Of a stretch of 64,000 bases of DNA, positions 1-12,327 are shown piece by piece. The translations under genes were made by a program, and so were the position numbers. Positions within the stretch are counted from its first letter, which is position 1. Each line of letters begins with the position of its first letter. The notes under the pieces were generated by a model. The model saw only the letters and a program-made list of their open reading frames with translations. It made no database searches and had not been told where the DNA came from. The DNA comes from Squalus acanthias. Its lineage: Eukaryota. The stretch covers positions 62,310,001 to 62,374,000 of the forward strand of contig CM059441.1 of the NCBI GenBank assembly GCA_030390025.1. Reading direction: 5' to 3'.

Positions 1-745
1 AATGGTAGGACACTAGGAAGGACAGAGGATCAGAGGGACCTTGGTGTGCATGTACATAGATCCCTGAAGGCAGCAGGACAGGTAGATAAGCTGGTTAAAA
101 AGGCATATGGGATACTTGCCTTCATTAGCCGAGGCATAGAATATAAAAGCAGGGAGGTTATGATGGAGCTGTACAAAACGCTGGTTAGGCCACAGCTGGA
201 ATACTGTGTGCAGTTCTGGTCGCCACACTATAGGAAGGATGTGATTGCATTGGAGAAGGTGCAGAGGAGATTCACCAGGATGTTACCTGGGCTGGAGCGC
301 TTCAGCTATGAAGAGAGACTGGACAGACTGGGGTTGTTTTCTTTGGAGCAGAGAAGGCTGAGGGGGGACCTGATTGAGGTGCACAAAATTATGAGGGGCA
401 TAGATAGGGTAGATAGAAACAAACTTTTCCCCTTAGTAGAGGGATCAATAACCAGTGGGCATAGCTTCAAGGTAAGGGGCAGGAGGTTTAGAGGGGATTT
501 GAGGAAAAACTTGTTCACCCAGAGGGTGGTTGGAATCTGGAACTCACTGCCTGAAAGGATGGTAGAGGCAGGAACCCTCACAACGTTCAAGAAGCATTTA
601 GATGAGCACTTGAAACGCCATAGCATACAAGGCTACGGACCAAGTGCTGGAAAATGGGATTAGAATAGACAGGGCTTGATGGCCGGTGCGGACACGATGG
701 GCTGAAGGGCCTCTTTCTGTGCTGTATAACTCTATGACTCTATGA
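1..745 (+). mobile_element. CR1 LINE 3' end (ORF2 C-terminus, 3' UTR, CTATGACT tail)
   Basis: ORF 46-663 has LVRPQLEYCVQFWSP...RRLRGDLIEV; tail ctatgactctatga. Confidence 0.93.
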
Positions 746-1297
746 CGCTAATGGAAGGGGAGGACTTCTGGATGCAGGAGGTTACTGCCTTTACACTTAC
801 CTCCTGGATCCAGTGTCCCTGCCTCATCCAACCCCGGCGATAGGAGACCCCTCCACAAGGCATCCTTTCCCCCCCATGAGGCCTTCGATCACTTTCCCGG
901 ACTCCCCCGACAGCCGATGATCTTCAGGCTGGCCCCCAATGTGCTCCACCTCCGCTCCCCCCGATGCTCGAGTCCTGCCCCCACCCACCCACCGGCCACC
1001 TCCTGATACCTCCCTCCCTCTGCCGTAAAAATGCCGGAAATAGGGAGCGCATCGGGAACATAAGAACATAAGAACATAAATAGGAGCAGGAGTAGGCCAA
1101 TCGGCCCCTCGAGCCCGCTCCGCCATTCAATAAGATCATGGCTGATCTGCTCCTAACCGCCAATCTACTATCTACTATCACAGAACCATCTCCTGCATCT
1201 AACAGAATTGCACACACGAAATAGGAGCAGAATCAGGCTACACGGTCCCTGGGCCCGCTCCACTACCCACAGGGCCATGACCGATCCGAACCTAGAC

Positions 1298-4248
1298 TCA
1301 TGTCCAAATTCCTGCCCGCTCCCCGTAACCCTTAATGCCCTTTACTTCTAGGAAACTGTCTATTTCTGTTTTAAATTTATTTAATGATGTAGCTTCTACA
1401 GCTTTTTGTGGCAGCATATTCCATGGACCTACCACCCTCTGAGTGAAGTAGTTCCTCCTCATCTCAGTTTTGAAAGAGCAGCCCCTTATTCTAAGACTAT
1501 GTCCCCTAGTTCTAGTCTCACCTGTCATCGGGAACATCCTCCCCGCATCCACCCGATCCAACCCCTTCACAATCTTATATGTTTCAATAAGATCGCCTCT
1601 CATTCTTCTGAACTCCAATGAGTAGAGTCCCAATCTACACAACCTCTCCTCATATGACCACCCCCTCATCCCCGGGATTAACCGAGTGAACCTTTTTTGC
1701 ACTGCCTCGAGAGCAAGGATGTCTTTCCTTAAGTAAGGACACCAAAACTGTATGCAGTATTCCAGGTGCGGTCTCACCAATACCTTGTACAACTGAACCA
1801 ATACCTCCCTATTTTTATATTCTATCCCCCTAGCAATGAAAGCCAACATTCCATTTGAATTCTTAATCACTTGCTGCACCTGCATACTAACCTTTTGAGT
1901 TTTGTGCACTAGGACCCCCAGATCCCTTTGCACTTCAGTACTCTCCAGTTTCTTCCCATTAAGATAATAAATTGCTCTAGGATTTTTCCTGCCAAAGTGC
2001 ATCACCTCACACTTTCCAGTGTTGTATTCCATCTGCCAAATCTCTGCCCACTTACTTAGCCTGTCTATGTCCCCTTGCAGGTTTTTTATGTCCTCCTCAC
2101 TCACTACTTTCCCTCCCATCTTAGTATCATCTGCAAATTTTGATATGTTACACTTGGTCCCTTCCTCCAAATTGTTAATATAGATTGTAAAGAGTTGGGG
2201 ACCCAGCACTGACCCCTGTGGAACACCACTAGTTACTGATTGCCAGTCTGAGAATGAACCATTTATCCCAACTCTTTGCTTTCTGTTAGATAGCCAATCC
2301 TCTATCCATGCCAGAATATTACCCCCAATCCCGTGATTTTTTACCTTAAGCAATAATCTTTTGTGTGGCACCTTGTCAAATGCCTTTTGGAAGTCTAAAT
2401 ACACTACGTCTACTGGTTCCCCTTTATCCACTCTATATGTTACTTCCTCAAAGAACTCCAGCAAATTTGTCAAACATGACTTCCCCTTCGTAAAACCATG
2501 CTGACTTTGTCCTATTAAATTATGATTATCCAAATGTCCTGTTACTGTTTCCTTAATAATGGACTCCAAAATTTTACCTACCACAGATGTTGGGCTAACC
2601 GGTCTATAGTTACCAGCCTTCTGTCTACTGCCCTTTTTAAATAAGGGTGTTACATTAGCAGTTTTCCAGTCTGCCGGGACCTTAGCGGAATCCAGGGAGT
2701 TTTGAAAAATTATTACCAATGCATCTACAATCCCTACCGCCACTTCCTTCAAGACTCTAGGATGTAAGCCATCAGGTCCAGGTGATTTATCCGCCTTGAG
2801 TCCCATTATTTTACCGAGTACCACTTCCTTAGTGATTTTGATCGTGTTTAGCTCCTCTCCCCCTATAGCCCCCTGTTTGTCCAGTGTTGGGATATTCTTA
2901 GTGTCCTCTACTGTAAAGACTGATACAAAATATTCATTCAGTGTTTTTGCCATCTCCATATTTCCCACCATTAATTTCCCGGTCTCATCCTCTAAGGGAC
3001 CAACATTTACTTTAGCCACCCTTTTTCTTTTTATATAACTATAAAAACTCTTACTATCTGTTTTTATATTTTTTGCTAATTTACTTTCATAATCTATCTT
3101 CCCTTTCTTAATCAATCTTTTTGTTATTTTTTGCTGCCTTTTAAAGTTTTCCCAATCCTCTGTCCTCCCACTAGATTTCGCTACCTTATATGCCCTTGTT
3201 TTTAGTCGAATACTATCCTTAATTTCTTTACTTAGCCACGGATGACTGTCCTTTCTTTTACACCCTTTTCTTTTCAGTGGAATATATTTTTTTGGAAGTT
3301 GTAAAATAACTCCTTGAATGTACACCACTGATCATGTGTCGTCTTACCCTTTAATCTATTTTCCCAATCCACTCTACTCAATTCCGCTCGCATACCTTCA
3401 TAGTCTCCTTTATTCAAGCTTAGCACGCTTGTTTGAGATCCAACCTTCTCACCCTCTAATTGAATATGGAATTCAACCATGTTATGGTCACTCATTCCAA
3501 GGGGATCCTTTACTAGGACATTTTTAATTAATCCTGTCTCGTTACACAGGACCAGATCTAAGGTTGCTTGCCCCCTGGTCGGTTCAGTTACATACTGCTC
3601 AAGAAACCCATCCCTAATACACTCAATGAACTCATCCTCAAGGCAGCCCTGCCCCATTTGATTTGTCCAATTAATATGATAGTTAAAATCCCCCATAATT
3701 ATAGATGTTCCCTTATTACATGCCTCAACTATTTGCTGATTGATACTCCGTCCAACAGAATTGCAACTGTTCGGAGGCCTATAGACTACGCCCACTAGTG
3801 TTTTTTTCCCCTTATTATTCCTTATCTCCACCCAAACTGTTTCATTATCATGATTTTTTGACCCAATATCATTACTCTGTATTACAGTGATTCCTTCCTT
3901 TATTAACATAGCCACCCCACCTCCCCTTCCTTCCTGCCTGTCCTTCCTGATCGTTAAATAACCTGGTATGTTTAATTCCCAGGCATTGTCACCCTGCAGC
4001 CATGTTTCTGTAATGGCCACAATATCATAACCATATGTAGTTATTTGTGCCATTAACTCGTCTATTTTGTTACGAATGCTACGTGCATTCAGATAGAGAA
4101 CTTTCAAATATGCTTTGTGGCACTTAGTTCCTGCTTTTTCACTTTTTACCACTTTACCTTTTACTCCACACACTCTGTCCCTTCCTGCCACGCTCTGATT
4201 TGTGATTCCCCTACTGCTACCTATGTCTATGACCCTCTCTGTTGTCAT
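1298..4248 (-). pseudogene. CR1 ORF2p (APE endonuclease plus reverse transcriptase), single frameshift at ~3290
   Basis: NARS, TETW, GDFN, SDH (endonuclease); QHGF, GVPQGSVLGP, FADD (RT). Split into 324 aa and 676 aa ORFs at a T7 run. Confidence 0.93.
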
Positions 4249-4286
4249 TTTTATTTTTTGCTCTCTTGAAACCTCCCCCCCACTAA

Positions 4287-5243
4287 TTAGTTTAAAGCCC
4301 TCTCCACAGCCCTAGTTATTCGATTCGCCAGGACACTAGTCCCAGCACTGGCCAAGTGAAGTCCGTCCCAACGGAACAGCTCTCTCCTGCCCCAGTACTG
4401 GTGCCAGTGTCCCAAGAAGCAAAACCCATTTTTCCCACACCCGTCTTTGAGCCACGCATTCAACTCCCTGATTTTATTTACCCTAGCCAAATTTGCTCGT
4501 GGCTCAGGTAGTGATCCAGAGATTATTACCCTCGAGGTTCTGCTTTTTAATTTGGCCCCTAGCTGCTCAAACTCCCTCAGCAGAACCTCTTTCCTTGTCC
4601 TATCTATGTCATTGGTACCAACATGGACCACGACAACTGGATCCTCCCCCTCCCACTCCAAGTTTCTCTCCAGCCCAGAGGAGATGTCCTTAACCCTGGC
4701 ACCAGGCAGGCAACACAGCCTTCGGGACTCTCGCTCTTGGCTGCAAAGAACCCTATCTATCCCCCTAATGATACTATCCCCTACCACTACAACATTTCTT
4801 TTTACTCCCCCCACTTGAATGGCCCCCACTACCACGGTGCTGTGGCCAGGTTGCTCATCCTCCCTGCAGTCCCCGCTCCTATCCACACAGGGAGTAAGAG
4901 CCTCGAACCTGTTGGACAAGAGCAAAGGCTGCGGCTCCTCCAACACTACCTCCTGGATCCCTGTACCTGCCTCACTCGTAGTCACACCTTCCTGTCCCTG
5001 ACCACGGGCTACTTCTGAATTAGTTACTCTAATTGGTGTGACTACCTCCTGAAACACGGAGTCCAGGTAACTCTCCCCCTCCCTGATGTGTCGCAGTGTT
5101 TGAAGCTCGGACTCCAGCTCATCAACACGGAGCCGGAGTTCCTCGAGCAGCCAACACTTACTGCAAATGTGTTCACCGTGAACATCAATGGTGTCCACCA
5201 GCTCCCACATATTGCAGCAGTAACACATCACCTGCTCTCCCAT
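4287..5243 (-). CDS. CR1 ORF1p (CxxC zinc finger, coiled coil, SGNH/GDSL esterase-like domain)
   Basis: CYCC...CSKC, LEELRLRVDELESEL, VVGDS, HVGTND and DGLHL motifs; 318 aa open. Confidence 0.92.
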   Translation of the reverse strand: MGEQVMCYCCNMWELVDTIDVHGEHICSKCWLLEELRLRVDELESELQTLRHIREGESYLDSVFQEVVTPIRVTNSEVARGQGQEGVTTSEAGTGIQEVVLEEPQPLLLSNRFEALTPCVDRSGDCREDEQPGHSTVVVGAIQVGGVKRNVVVVGDSIIRGIDRVLCSQERESRRLCCLPGARVKDISSGLERNLEWEGEDPVVVVHVGTNDIDRTRKEVLLREFEQLGAKLKSRTSRVIISGSLPEPRANLARVNKIRELNAWLKDGCGKNGFCFLGHWHQYWGRRELFRWDGLHLASAGTSVLANRITRAVERALN

Positions 5244-5608
5244 TCTATGTAATTAATTAAAAATGTATTATTTTCCCTTCAGTTAATTTATGCCAGCAGT
5301 CTCCGCTACACCACAGATATCCGAGAAACTATAAACTATGGAATTGAAGTTTTGTATAAAAAAAGAGAAATACTCACCAACCAATCACTTACCTGCTTTC
5401 TGGTGACGTCACACTTCGATTATTTTTTACCTCTCTCCTGCTCTCGGCTTGGTGAAAGCCTACCTGGTCGCTGCCGCCTTTTACCGCCGCCGCCTCGCCG
5501 CTGTTGCTCCACCCAGGTCCGCCGCCTCTGTGGGCCTACCTGGTCGCTGCCGCCTTTTACCGCCGCCGCCTCGCCGCTGTTGCTCCACCCAGGTCCGCCG
5601 CCTCTGTG

Positions 5609-6552
5609 AACCCGCCATCATCCTGCCGCATCGAGCATTTAACTGGGGCGGCTTTGAAGGTGCGACACGGACCTGATCCGCAGAGGCGGGCGACCTCATT
5701 GAAATCATTAAATGCTTGTTTACAGACCCTTTAGAGTGATTTTAATGCCAGCTTCTGAGTTGAAATGCAAGAGCACAGGATTCACGGAGGTCGGGTGCCT
5801 TGCCTGCGAAGGGGAGAATGGAAGCTCAGTGGCCATTGGCGATTTCATTCATTGATAGCTGGGAAAAGCTCATAAATGCTGCAACATTACACCTCATTAC
5901 TTGCCTCATGGAAAGGCCCTTGCTCACTCCATTTTGTCCACAGATTGAGGTGTCAGCAGTTTGCAGGTCAGTTTTGAAACCTCGGAAGCCACTCTCACCA
6001 CATTGCTACTCAGTATCAGAACATTGAGGAATTGGCCCTCTCAGCTCCACTTTAGCTGCCATCTACTACATCAGCATGGGCGCCGCTTATACTGTCTCAT
6101 CTTGGTTCCTCAAAATCGGACCAAGATGAGCCCCACCATCAGCAGCAGCCGAACCAGCAGCAGCAGCAACAGCAAGCACAACAGCAGGCTTCTCCTCAAC
6201 GACCTGATGTTCTACAGGAGAGAGGGGGCACCACAGGGCTGCAGCGTACCGCAGGCGATACCCCCAACACAGGGTATACAGGCAGAGGATGAGCTTCCTC
6301 AACATGACTGAGCAACAGTGCTTCAGGAGGCTCAAGCTATCGTGCCAGGTTGTCGCAGACATTTGTAGCTTGCTGGAACAAGACCTGCTGCCCAGAGGTC
6401 CTGGTGGGCAGTCCTTACCAGTGCCGGTCAAAGTCACCACCGCCCTCAACTTCTTCGTCTCAGGCTCCTTCCAGGGATCTGCAGCAGTCATTTGCGGAAT
6501 CTTGCCGTCGGCCGCTCACAGATGCATCACCCAGGTGACCGATGCCATTTTT
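5609..6552 (+). mobile_element. PIF/Harbinger remnant with transposase N-terminal fragment (left part probably 746-1056)
   Basis: [23 protein letters not shown]...[20 protein letters not shown]...CITQVTDA, homologous to the transposase at 55110-56343. Confidence 0.85.
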
Positions 6553-9500
6553 CACATCCCCTCTGAACTTTCTATATTCAGCCTGGTTCACACTTGTATT
6601 CTCAATGTGACATCTGTCATACGCACGCTTTTTCTGCTTCATCTTACTCTCTATCTCTTTTGTCATCCAGGGAGCTCTCACTTTGGTTGCCCTACCTTTC
6701 CCCCTCGTGGGAATGAACCTCGACTGTACCCGAACCATCTCCTCTTTAAAGGCAGCCCATTGTTCAATTACAGTTTTGCCTGCAAATCTTTGATTCCAAT
6801 TTACCCGGGCCATATCCGTTCTCAACCCACTAAAATTGGCCTTCCTCCAATTAAGTATTTTTACTCTAGATTGCACCCTGTCCTTGTTCATAGCTAATCT
6901 AAACCTAATGATACTATGCTCACTGTTCCCTAAATGTTCTCCTACTGACACTTGCTCCTCTTGACTCACCTCATTCCCCAGAACGAGATCCAGCAATGCC
7001 TCCTTCCTGTTTGGGCCAGAAACGTACTGATCAAGAAAGTTCTCCTGAACACACTTCAGAAATTCTTCCCCTTCTCTGCTCTTTATATTATTACTATCCC
7101 AATCTCTATTAGGATAGCTGAAGTCCCCCATTATCACTACTCTATAGTTCTGCGCCTGCAGCTCTCCAACCTTATTTACCATGCTTCGTGCATTCATACA
7201 CATGCACTGTAAACCTGTCTTAGAACTTATTGTGTTCTCTCTTAGTCTGACCCCACCAAAACCGTACTATTTCTTAGTCTAGTGCTATCTGTCTCTCCCA
7301 ATCCTTTGTGCACCTTGTTTCTCCTTTCTGATGCTACATCCTGGTGCCCAACCCCCTGCCAAATTAGTTTAAACCTTCCCCAACAGCACTAGCAAATTCC
7401 CGCACCACCCCCCCCCCCGCCCCGCCGCCCTCCCACCACCCCCCCCGCCGCCCACCCCACGAGGACATTGCTCCAAGATCTGTTGAGGTGCAACCCGTCC
7501 TTCCTGTAAAGGTCCCACCTCCCCCAGAACCGGTCCCAATGTTCCAGGAATCTAAAGCCCTCCCTCCTGCATCATAACTCCAGCCACGCATTCATCTGCT
7601 CTATCCTCCTATTTCTATACTCACTAGCTCGTGGCACAGGGAGTAATCCAGAGATTACATCCTTTGAGGTGCTGATTTTTAATCTCTTTCCTAGCTCCCT
7701 AAAATCTGCTTGCAGGACCTCATCACTCTTTCTACCTATGTCAGTGATACCGATATGGACCACCACCTCTGGCTGTTCACCCTCCGCCCTCAGAATGTTC
7801 TGCAGCTACTCAGTTACATCCTTGACCCAGGCACGAGGGAGGCAACATACCATCCTGGAATCACTTTTGCGGCCAAAGAAACGCTTGTCTGTTCCACTAA
7901 CTATTGAAGCTCCTATCATTTTCCCAATCTTCCTCCTCACTACCACCACCCCCCCATACAGCTGAGCCACCCGTGGTGCCGTGGACTTGGCTCTGGCTGT
8001 GCTCCCTAGAGGAACCATCGCCCTCACCAGAATACGGGTTGGAGAGTGAGATGTGTAGGGGGTGGTGTGGTAGGGTCAGCTTCACCTCTGACTTCAGTGA
8101 GCGGTTCGAATCGCTCCCACGCCCCTGGTTCTAGATCTTGGACATATTTGGGGGTCGTGAACAAAATTGCAGTAGACAACAGGTTTTGATGAAAGAACTT
8201 TAACTTTTATTCAAGAAAAAGGTAAATACAACACAAACAATCTTAAAACATACTTAATACTTAAACACAGGTTGGGGAACACACGGTGCAGGCGAGGGAG
8301 AATTACAGTTTACAATACCCCTTATCCCTCCCAATCCCACTACCTAGCTAGGTTTGATTTCAGAGGACCAGGGATAATGCTCACCACTCCTTGACAGTTC
8401 TTGACAGTCGAGGTATTTCACGATTTCGGGGTTCACTGGGGTTTTAGGTTGTTGGGGCCTGCCGTACCCCGGACGTGGTGGAAGACTTCAGCTGCACTCC
8501 AGGTCAGTTTGGGTCTGTCCGCTGATGCGGTAAGGTGCGTATTGGATTGTACCCAATTTTCTTCCGTTAGAGGTAGGGTTTAGAGTTTTTTAAAGGAAAA
8601 TCTTACCCAGGGGTAAGTCAGGAATAGTTTGTAGCGTGGAAACTTGCATGTCTTCGGTTTTTCCTGGTGTTAGTCTTTCGGTGGTCGCGGCAGCCTGGTT
8701 CGCACCTGGTTGGTCAGTGTCGTTGTGTTGGTTGCTTCGTGGGGCCTTCGTTGCTGCGAGGCGTTTGGGAACCTTTTTCCCAGTCGGGTCCATTGATGAC
8801 CCCCCCTTACTGTGGCGTGTTGTCCTTGCGTGCCTCGGTACTGTTACTAACTTAAACTGCATCTCTGGACAGCCTTGAACTAACTTTAAGTATAGTGTTG
8901 TAACAAATCGCACAGCTTGAACAGACACCACCACAGTGTCTCTCGGGTTCCTCGTGTCTTCTTGCCCGTGGCTTTAGGCCTGCCTGCCTTCCGAAGGTTC
9001 TTCTTGTGACTCGTTCCTTGTTGCGTGTGTGTTGAACCTGTGTGGCTCTCTTTCTTCGCTTTAGGCCTGCCTCTCCTTGCTTCTTGGGGGAATAGGCCCC
9101 CAATTATACTGTTCAGGTCTATTGTGTTTTTCGCGCCAAAACTGCTTTACTAATCGATTTCACGTTAAAGTGATTTAGATTTCAGTTGAGGCCTGTTTAT
9201 CTTCGCGCCAAATCTCGTTTCTTTCGTCTTAGGTTTTGGCGGGCTCGTTAAGTCTGATGACTTTAACTTAGTGTTAACTTGTCCTGATGGCTACCGATGT
9301 CTTCCATTGAGACAGGGCCTCTATCTACCCGCCAAATCTCGCTTCTTTTGTCTTAGGTTTTGGCGGGCTTGTTAAACTGTTCCTGTCGATACTTGGCTAA
9401 TCGGTTTTTGATGGGATGTTGGGCTATGAAACTGTGTACTCGAAGTTTTATTGTTAGGAAATGTTTTCAGACTTCCAGTATCCTGTCTGGACCTGGGATT

Positions 9501-10330
9501 TCAACAGGAGTCTTGGTTTATTCATTTTTGAATGTGTTTGTGATGAGCCCTCTTCCTCCTTGGTTGGATTGCAGTGCAAACATCTCCCAGACAGCTTGAC
9601 TTGGTCCCAATAGCCAAAAGCTGTCCACTGCCTCACCACACCCCTTGCCGCAACCTGTGATTCTGTGACTGCAGGTTTACCAAATGGCCCTTTTTAAAAA
9701 GGTATCTTCTCATCCAAAAGTCATTTTCCTCAGGTTTTGTATTTTCCTTCCTTAATTCTTGTCAAAATGTCTTAAAAACTGAGGCTTTGACCTCAAATTC
9801 CTTCATCACCCCCTTTAGGGTTCTATTCGAGTTTCTGGGGGATTTTGCGAAGCCTACAGATGCACTCAAGAGACTCCTGCACTGCCTGCCTGGTCCACCT
9901 TGTCTGTCTGACGGTCACCCATTCCCTCTCTGCCTGCACACTCTTACGCTGCAGGGTGACCACCTCCTGAAACGTGCTATCCACGTATCTCTCAGCCTCA
10001 CGGATGCACAGCAGTGATGCCAGCTGCTGCTCAATCTCCAAAACCCGGAGCTTGAATTCCTACAGCTGACGACACTTCCTGCACATGTGGATGTCCAGGA
10101 CACGGGAAGCGTCCTGGAGTTCCCACATGGCACAAGATGTGCATTCCACGGGACTGAGGTGCCCTGCCATGTCTCTACTTAATAGACTATCAATTAACTT
10201 AACAGAAATAAACTCAAGACTTTAAAAAAAAAGAATCACCGGCTACTCACAAATCAGCTCCTTCCCTTGCGCTGACGTCACTTTACATATTTGACCTCGC
10301 TCCCTGACGCTCGCACTCCGGGCTCTTGGG
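6553..10330 (-). mobile_element. Degraded CR1 (5' UTR, ORF1, internally deleted ORF2 start), interrupted by a solo LTR
   Basis: ORF1 pieces at 9860-10172 and 7364-8050 (VVHIG.TD); ORF2 piece 6553-7203 (NARS, GDF). Confidence 0.85.
8054..9858 (-). mobile_element. Solo LTR, 1805 bp (Gypsy- or ERV-type)
   Basis: Termini TGTAGG...CCTACA with a perfect 4-bp TSD GATG (8050-8053 / 9859-9862); removing it restores the CR1 ORF1. AATAAA on the minus strand at ~8206-8211. Confidence 0.88.
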
Positions 10331-10844
10331 CCTACCTTTATCTGCGGCCGCTCCTCTCGCTCTCCCGCAGGTCCACTCGCGTGCCTATGAACTTGGAGTC
10401 CTTGGGTTCTGTGGCTCCACTCCTCCTTTTCAGTTAGACGTCTCAACCGCCTTCCTCCTCTCCACCGAATTCCTGCTCTCACCAAATTCTTTCACTCTGC
10501 AGCTGATAGCTGTTAACTGCGAACTGCCACTGACAATGCAGTTTCTTGTATGTTTCAAGACAAAGCCAAATTCCAATCTGATGATTATTTACCTAACTTA
10601 CCTGATACCTGCCAGTAAATTTCTCCTCTCCACCGATTCTTGCTCTCACCAAATTCTTCCAGTCTGCTTGCGATCCACTCCGATTGCATTCTCCCAGCTC
10701 TGTCTCCAAGCTCTGTGTTCAAGCTCTGCAACCAAGTCTCATAATGGCTATTAGATCAAACCCATTTATTTCTACCTGTGCTATTAATTCATCTATTATG
10801 TTGCAAATGCTTCGTGCATTCAGATATAGTCCCTTTGGCACCCC

Positions 10845-11240
10845 ATTCACCACCTTCAACATTCACTCCCTCCACCACTGGCGCACCGTGTCTGCAGTGT
10901 GTACCATCTACAAGATGCACTGCAGCAACTCATCAAGGCTTCTTTGACAACATCTCCCAAACCCGTGACCTCCACCACCTAGAAGGACAAGGGCAGCAGA
11001 TGCACGGGAACATTATCAGCTCCAAATACCCCGCCAATTCAGACACTATCCTTACTTGGAAATATATCGCCGTTCCTTCATCGTCACTGGGTCAAAATCC
11101 TGGAACTCCTTCCCCAATAGCACTGTGGGCATACCTTCTCCTCAGGGACTGCAGCGGTTCATCACCTTCTCGAGGGCAGTTAGGGAATGCAATAAATGTT
11201 GGCCTTGCCAACGATGCCCACATCCCATGAATGAATAAAT
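10845..11240 (+). mobile_element. 3' end of a second LINE family (CR1/L2 group)
   Basis: HSLHHWRTVSAVCTIYKMHC coding remnant; tail cccacatcccatgaatgaataaa shared with 22830, 42130-42310 and 47300. Confidence 0.75.
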
Positions 11241-11244
11241 TTGA

Positions 11245-11791
11245 TTGAGGGATAAATATTGGCCCACGACACTGGGGAGAACTCCCCTGCTGTTCTTCAA
11301 AATACTGGCCATAGGATCTTTCACGTCCACCTCAGAGGGCAGACAGGGACTTGGTTTAAAGTCTCATCTGAAAGACAGCACCTCCGACTGTGCAGCACTC
11401 CCTCAGTACTTTCAGGGGCGATTTTCTCAGCCACGAGGAGGAGGTATGGAGGCGGTATGGAGGCAAGACCTCATCAAACTACACAGAATGTCAGTGTTTG
11501 TCAGCTTCACAGAGCTGTCGAACGATGACATTTCTTCTTTCAAAAATTCTTGACAGATGACACGTCATACGTTGACGTGCTCTGCCACCGGCTTTGCCCT
11601 AATTGGCCTGCTGAGCCCGCCGGGCGGGCTTAACAAGGTCAATCAGGGGAAAATCCCGCTAATTGGCCAGAAGCTGATGGAGGCGGGACTGAAACCCGAC
11701 AAGTGGGAGTCCCGCCTCCAAAAGCTTCCCATTGAGAAAATCACCCCCGAAGTGTCGGCCTGGATTACGGGGCTCAAGTCTCTGGAGTGGG

Positions 11792-11826
<35 letters not shown>

Positions 11827-11853
11827 TGTCAGTGCACAACCCACTGAGCCACG
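11245..11853 (-). mobile_element. Deu-type tRNA-derived SINE (SacSINE1/AmnSINE1-like), split by a MITE
   Basis: tRNA-like head (GTGGCTCAGTGG...GGTTCAAATCCC) and Deu core gagggagtgctgcac..aaagatcc.atggc. Confidence 0.8.
11415..11747. mobile_element. Harbinger-type MITE
   Basis: TIRs GGGGCGATTTTCTC / GAGAAAATCACCCC; subterminal sequence shared with 19026-19859 and 16900-17066. Confidence 0.75.
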
Positions 11854-11977
11854 GTAGAAACTCCATGTCAACGGCGGCCCAGCTTTGAGCAGAAATATCG
11901 TCACAGTGTCAGGACACAAAGGGTTAACGGTTTACCAAGAACGCAAGAAAAAGTGATGTTTTCTCACTAGTTCTCTG

Positions 11978-12017
11978 TTTCCTCATTTGACTCACAGTCA
12001 ACACTTTCTTTATAAAT
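11978..12017 (+). promoter_or_regulatory. Candidate core promoter of the Siglec-like gene: ETS/PU.1-like site, AP-1 site and TATA box
   Basis: TTTCCTCATTT (reverse complement AAATGAGGAAA) 11978-11988, TGACTCA 11988-11994 and TATAAAT 12011-12017. They sit in non-repeat sequence ~90 bp upstream of a strong donor (CTGG|GTAAGT), and the block is conserved in the inverted paralogue at ~60900-61000. Confidence 0.55.
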
Positions 12018-12039
12018 ACACAGAGCAGCACAGGAAGAG

Positions 12040-12104
12040 GTCATTGGTGCCCAGCACTGCGTGTCAGCAATTACTCTCCAGGCGAGCAGTCGGACAGGCC
12101 CTGG
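12040..12104 (+). other. Siglec-like gene exon 1 (5' UTR, non-coding; start approximate)
   Basis: Consensus donor GTAAGT at 12105-12110; TATA box ~25-30 bp upstream of the inferred start; homologous to paralogue 60825-60890. Confidence 0.55.
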
Positions 12105-12327
12105 GTAAGTAACGGAACGATTGTAATTCACTTCCATGACCAACGTCTTCCTTTTTTGGTGTTGTGAGTTTATAAAGACAGATTCCAATGATTGATGCCT
12201 TCTCAAGATTTCTACTTATTACTGAGATCTGGGCTTAGGGCTGAAGTCTGTTGTGCAGGACATCTTTCTAGTTCAAGGAACAAGGGAAGTCCAGAGACTT
12301 GAGCACAAGGCCGAAGCACCCAGGGCT

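Larger units (their letters stand above)
1057..5608 (-). mobile_element. Full-length CR1 LINE (5' UTR, ORF1, ORF2, 3' tail (CTTATGTT)n), nested in a Harbinger remnant
   Basis: ORF1 4287-5243; ORF2 4248-1298 with one frameshift; tail aacataagaacataagaacata at ~1057-1079. Confidence 0.95.

Noticed and set aside
8590-9103. Short ORFs within the solo LTR as accessory genes
   Set aside because: No recognisable motifs, non-ATG or weak starts; length expected by chance.
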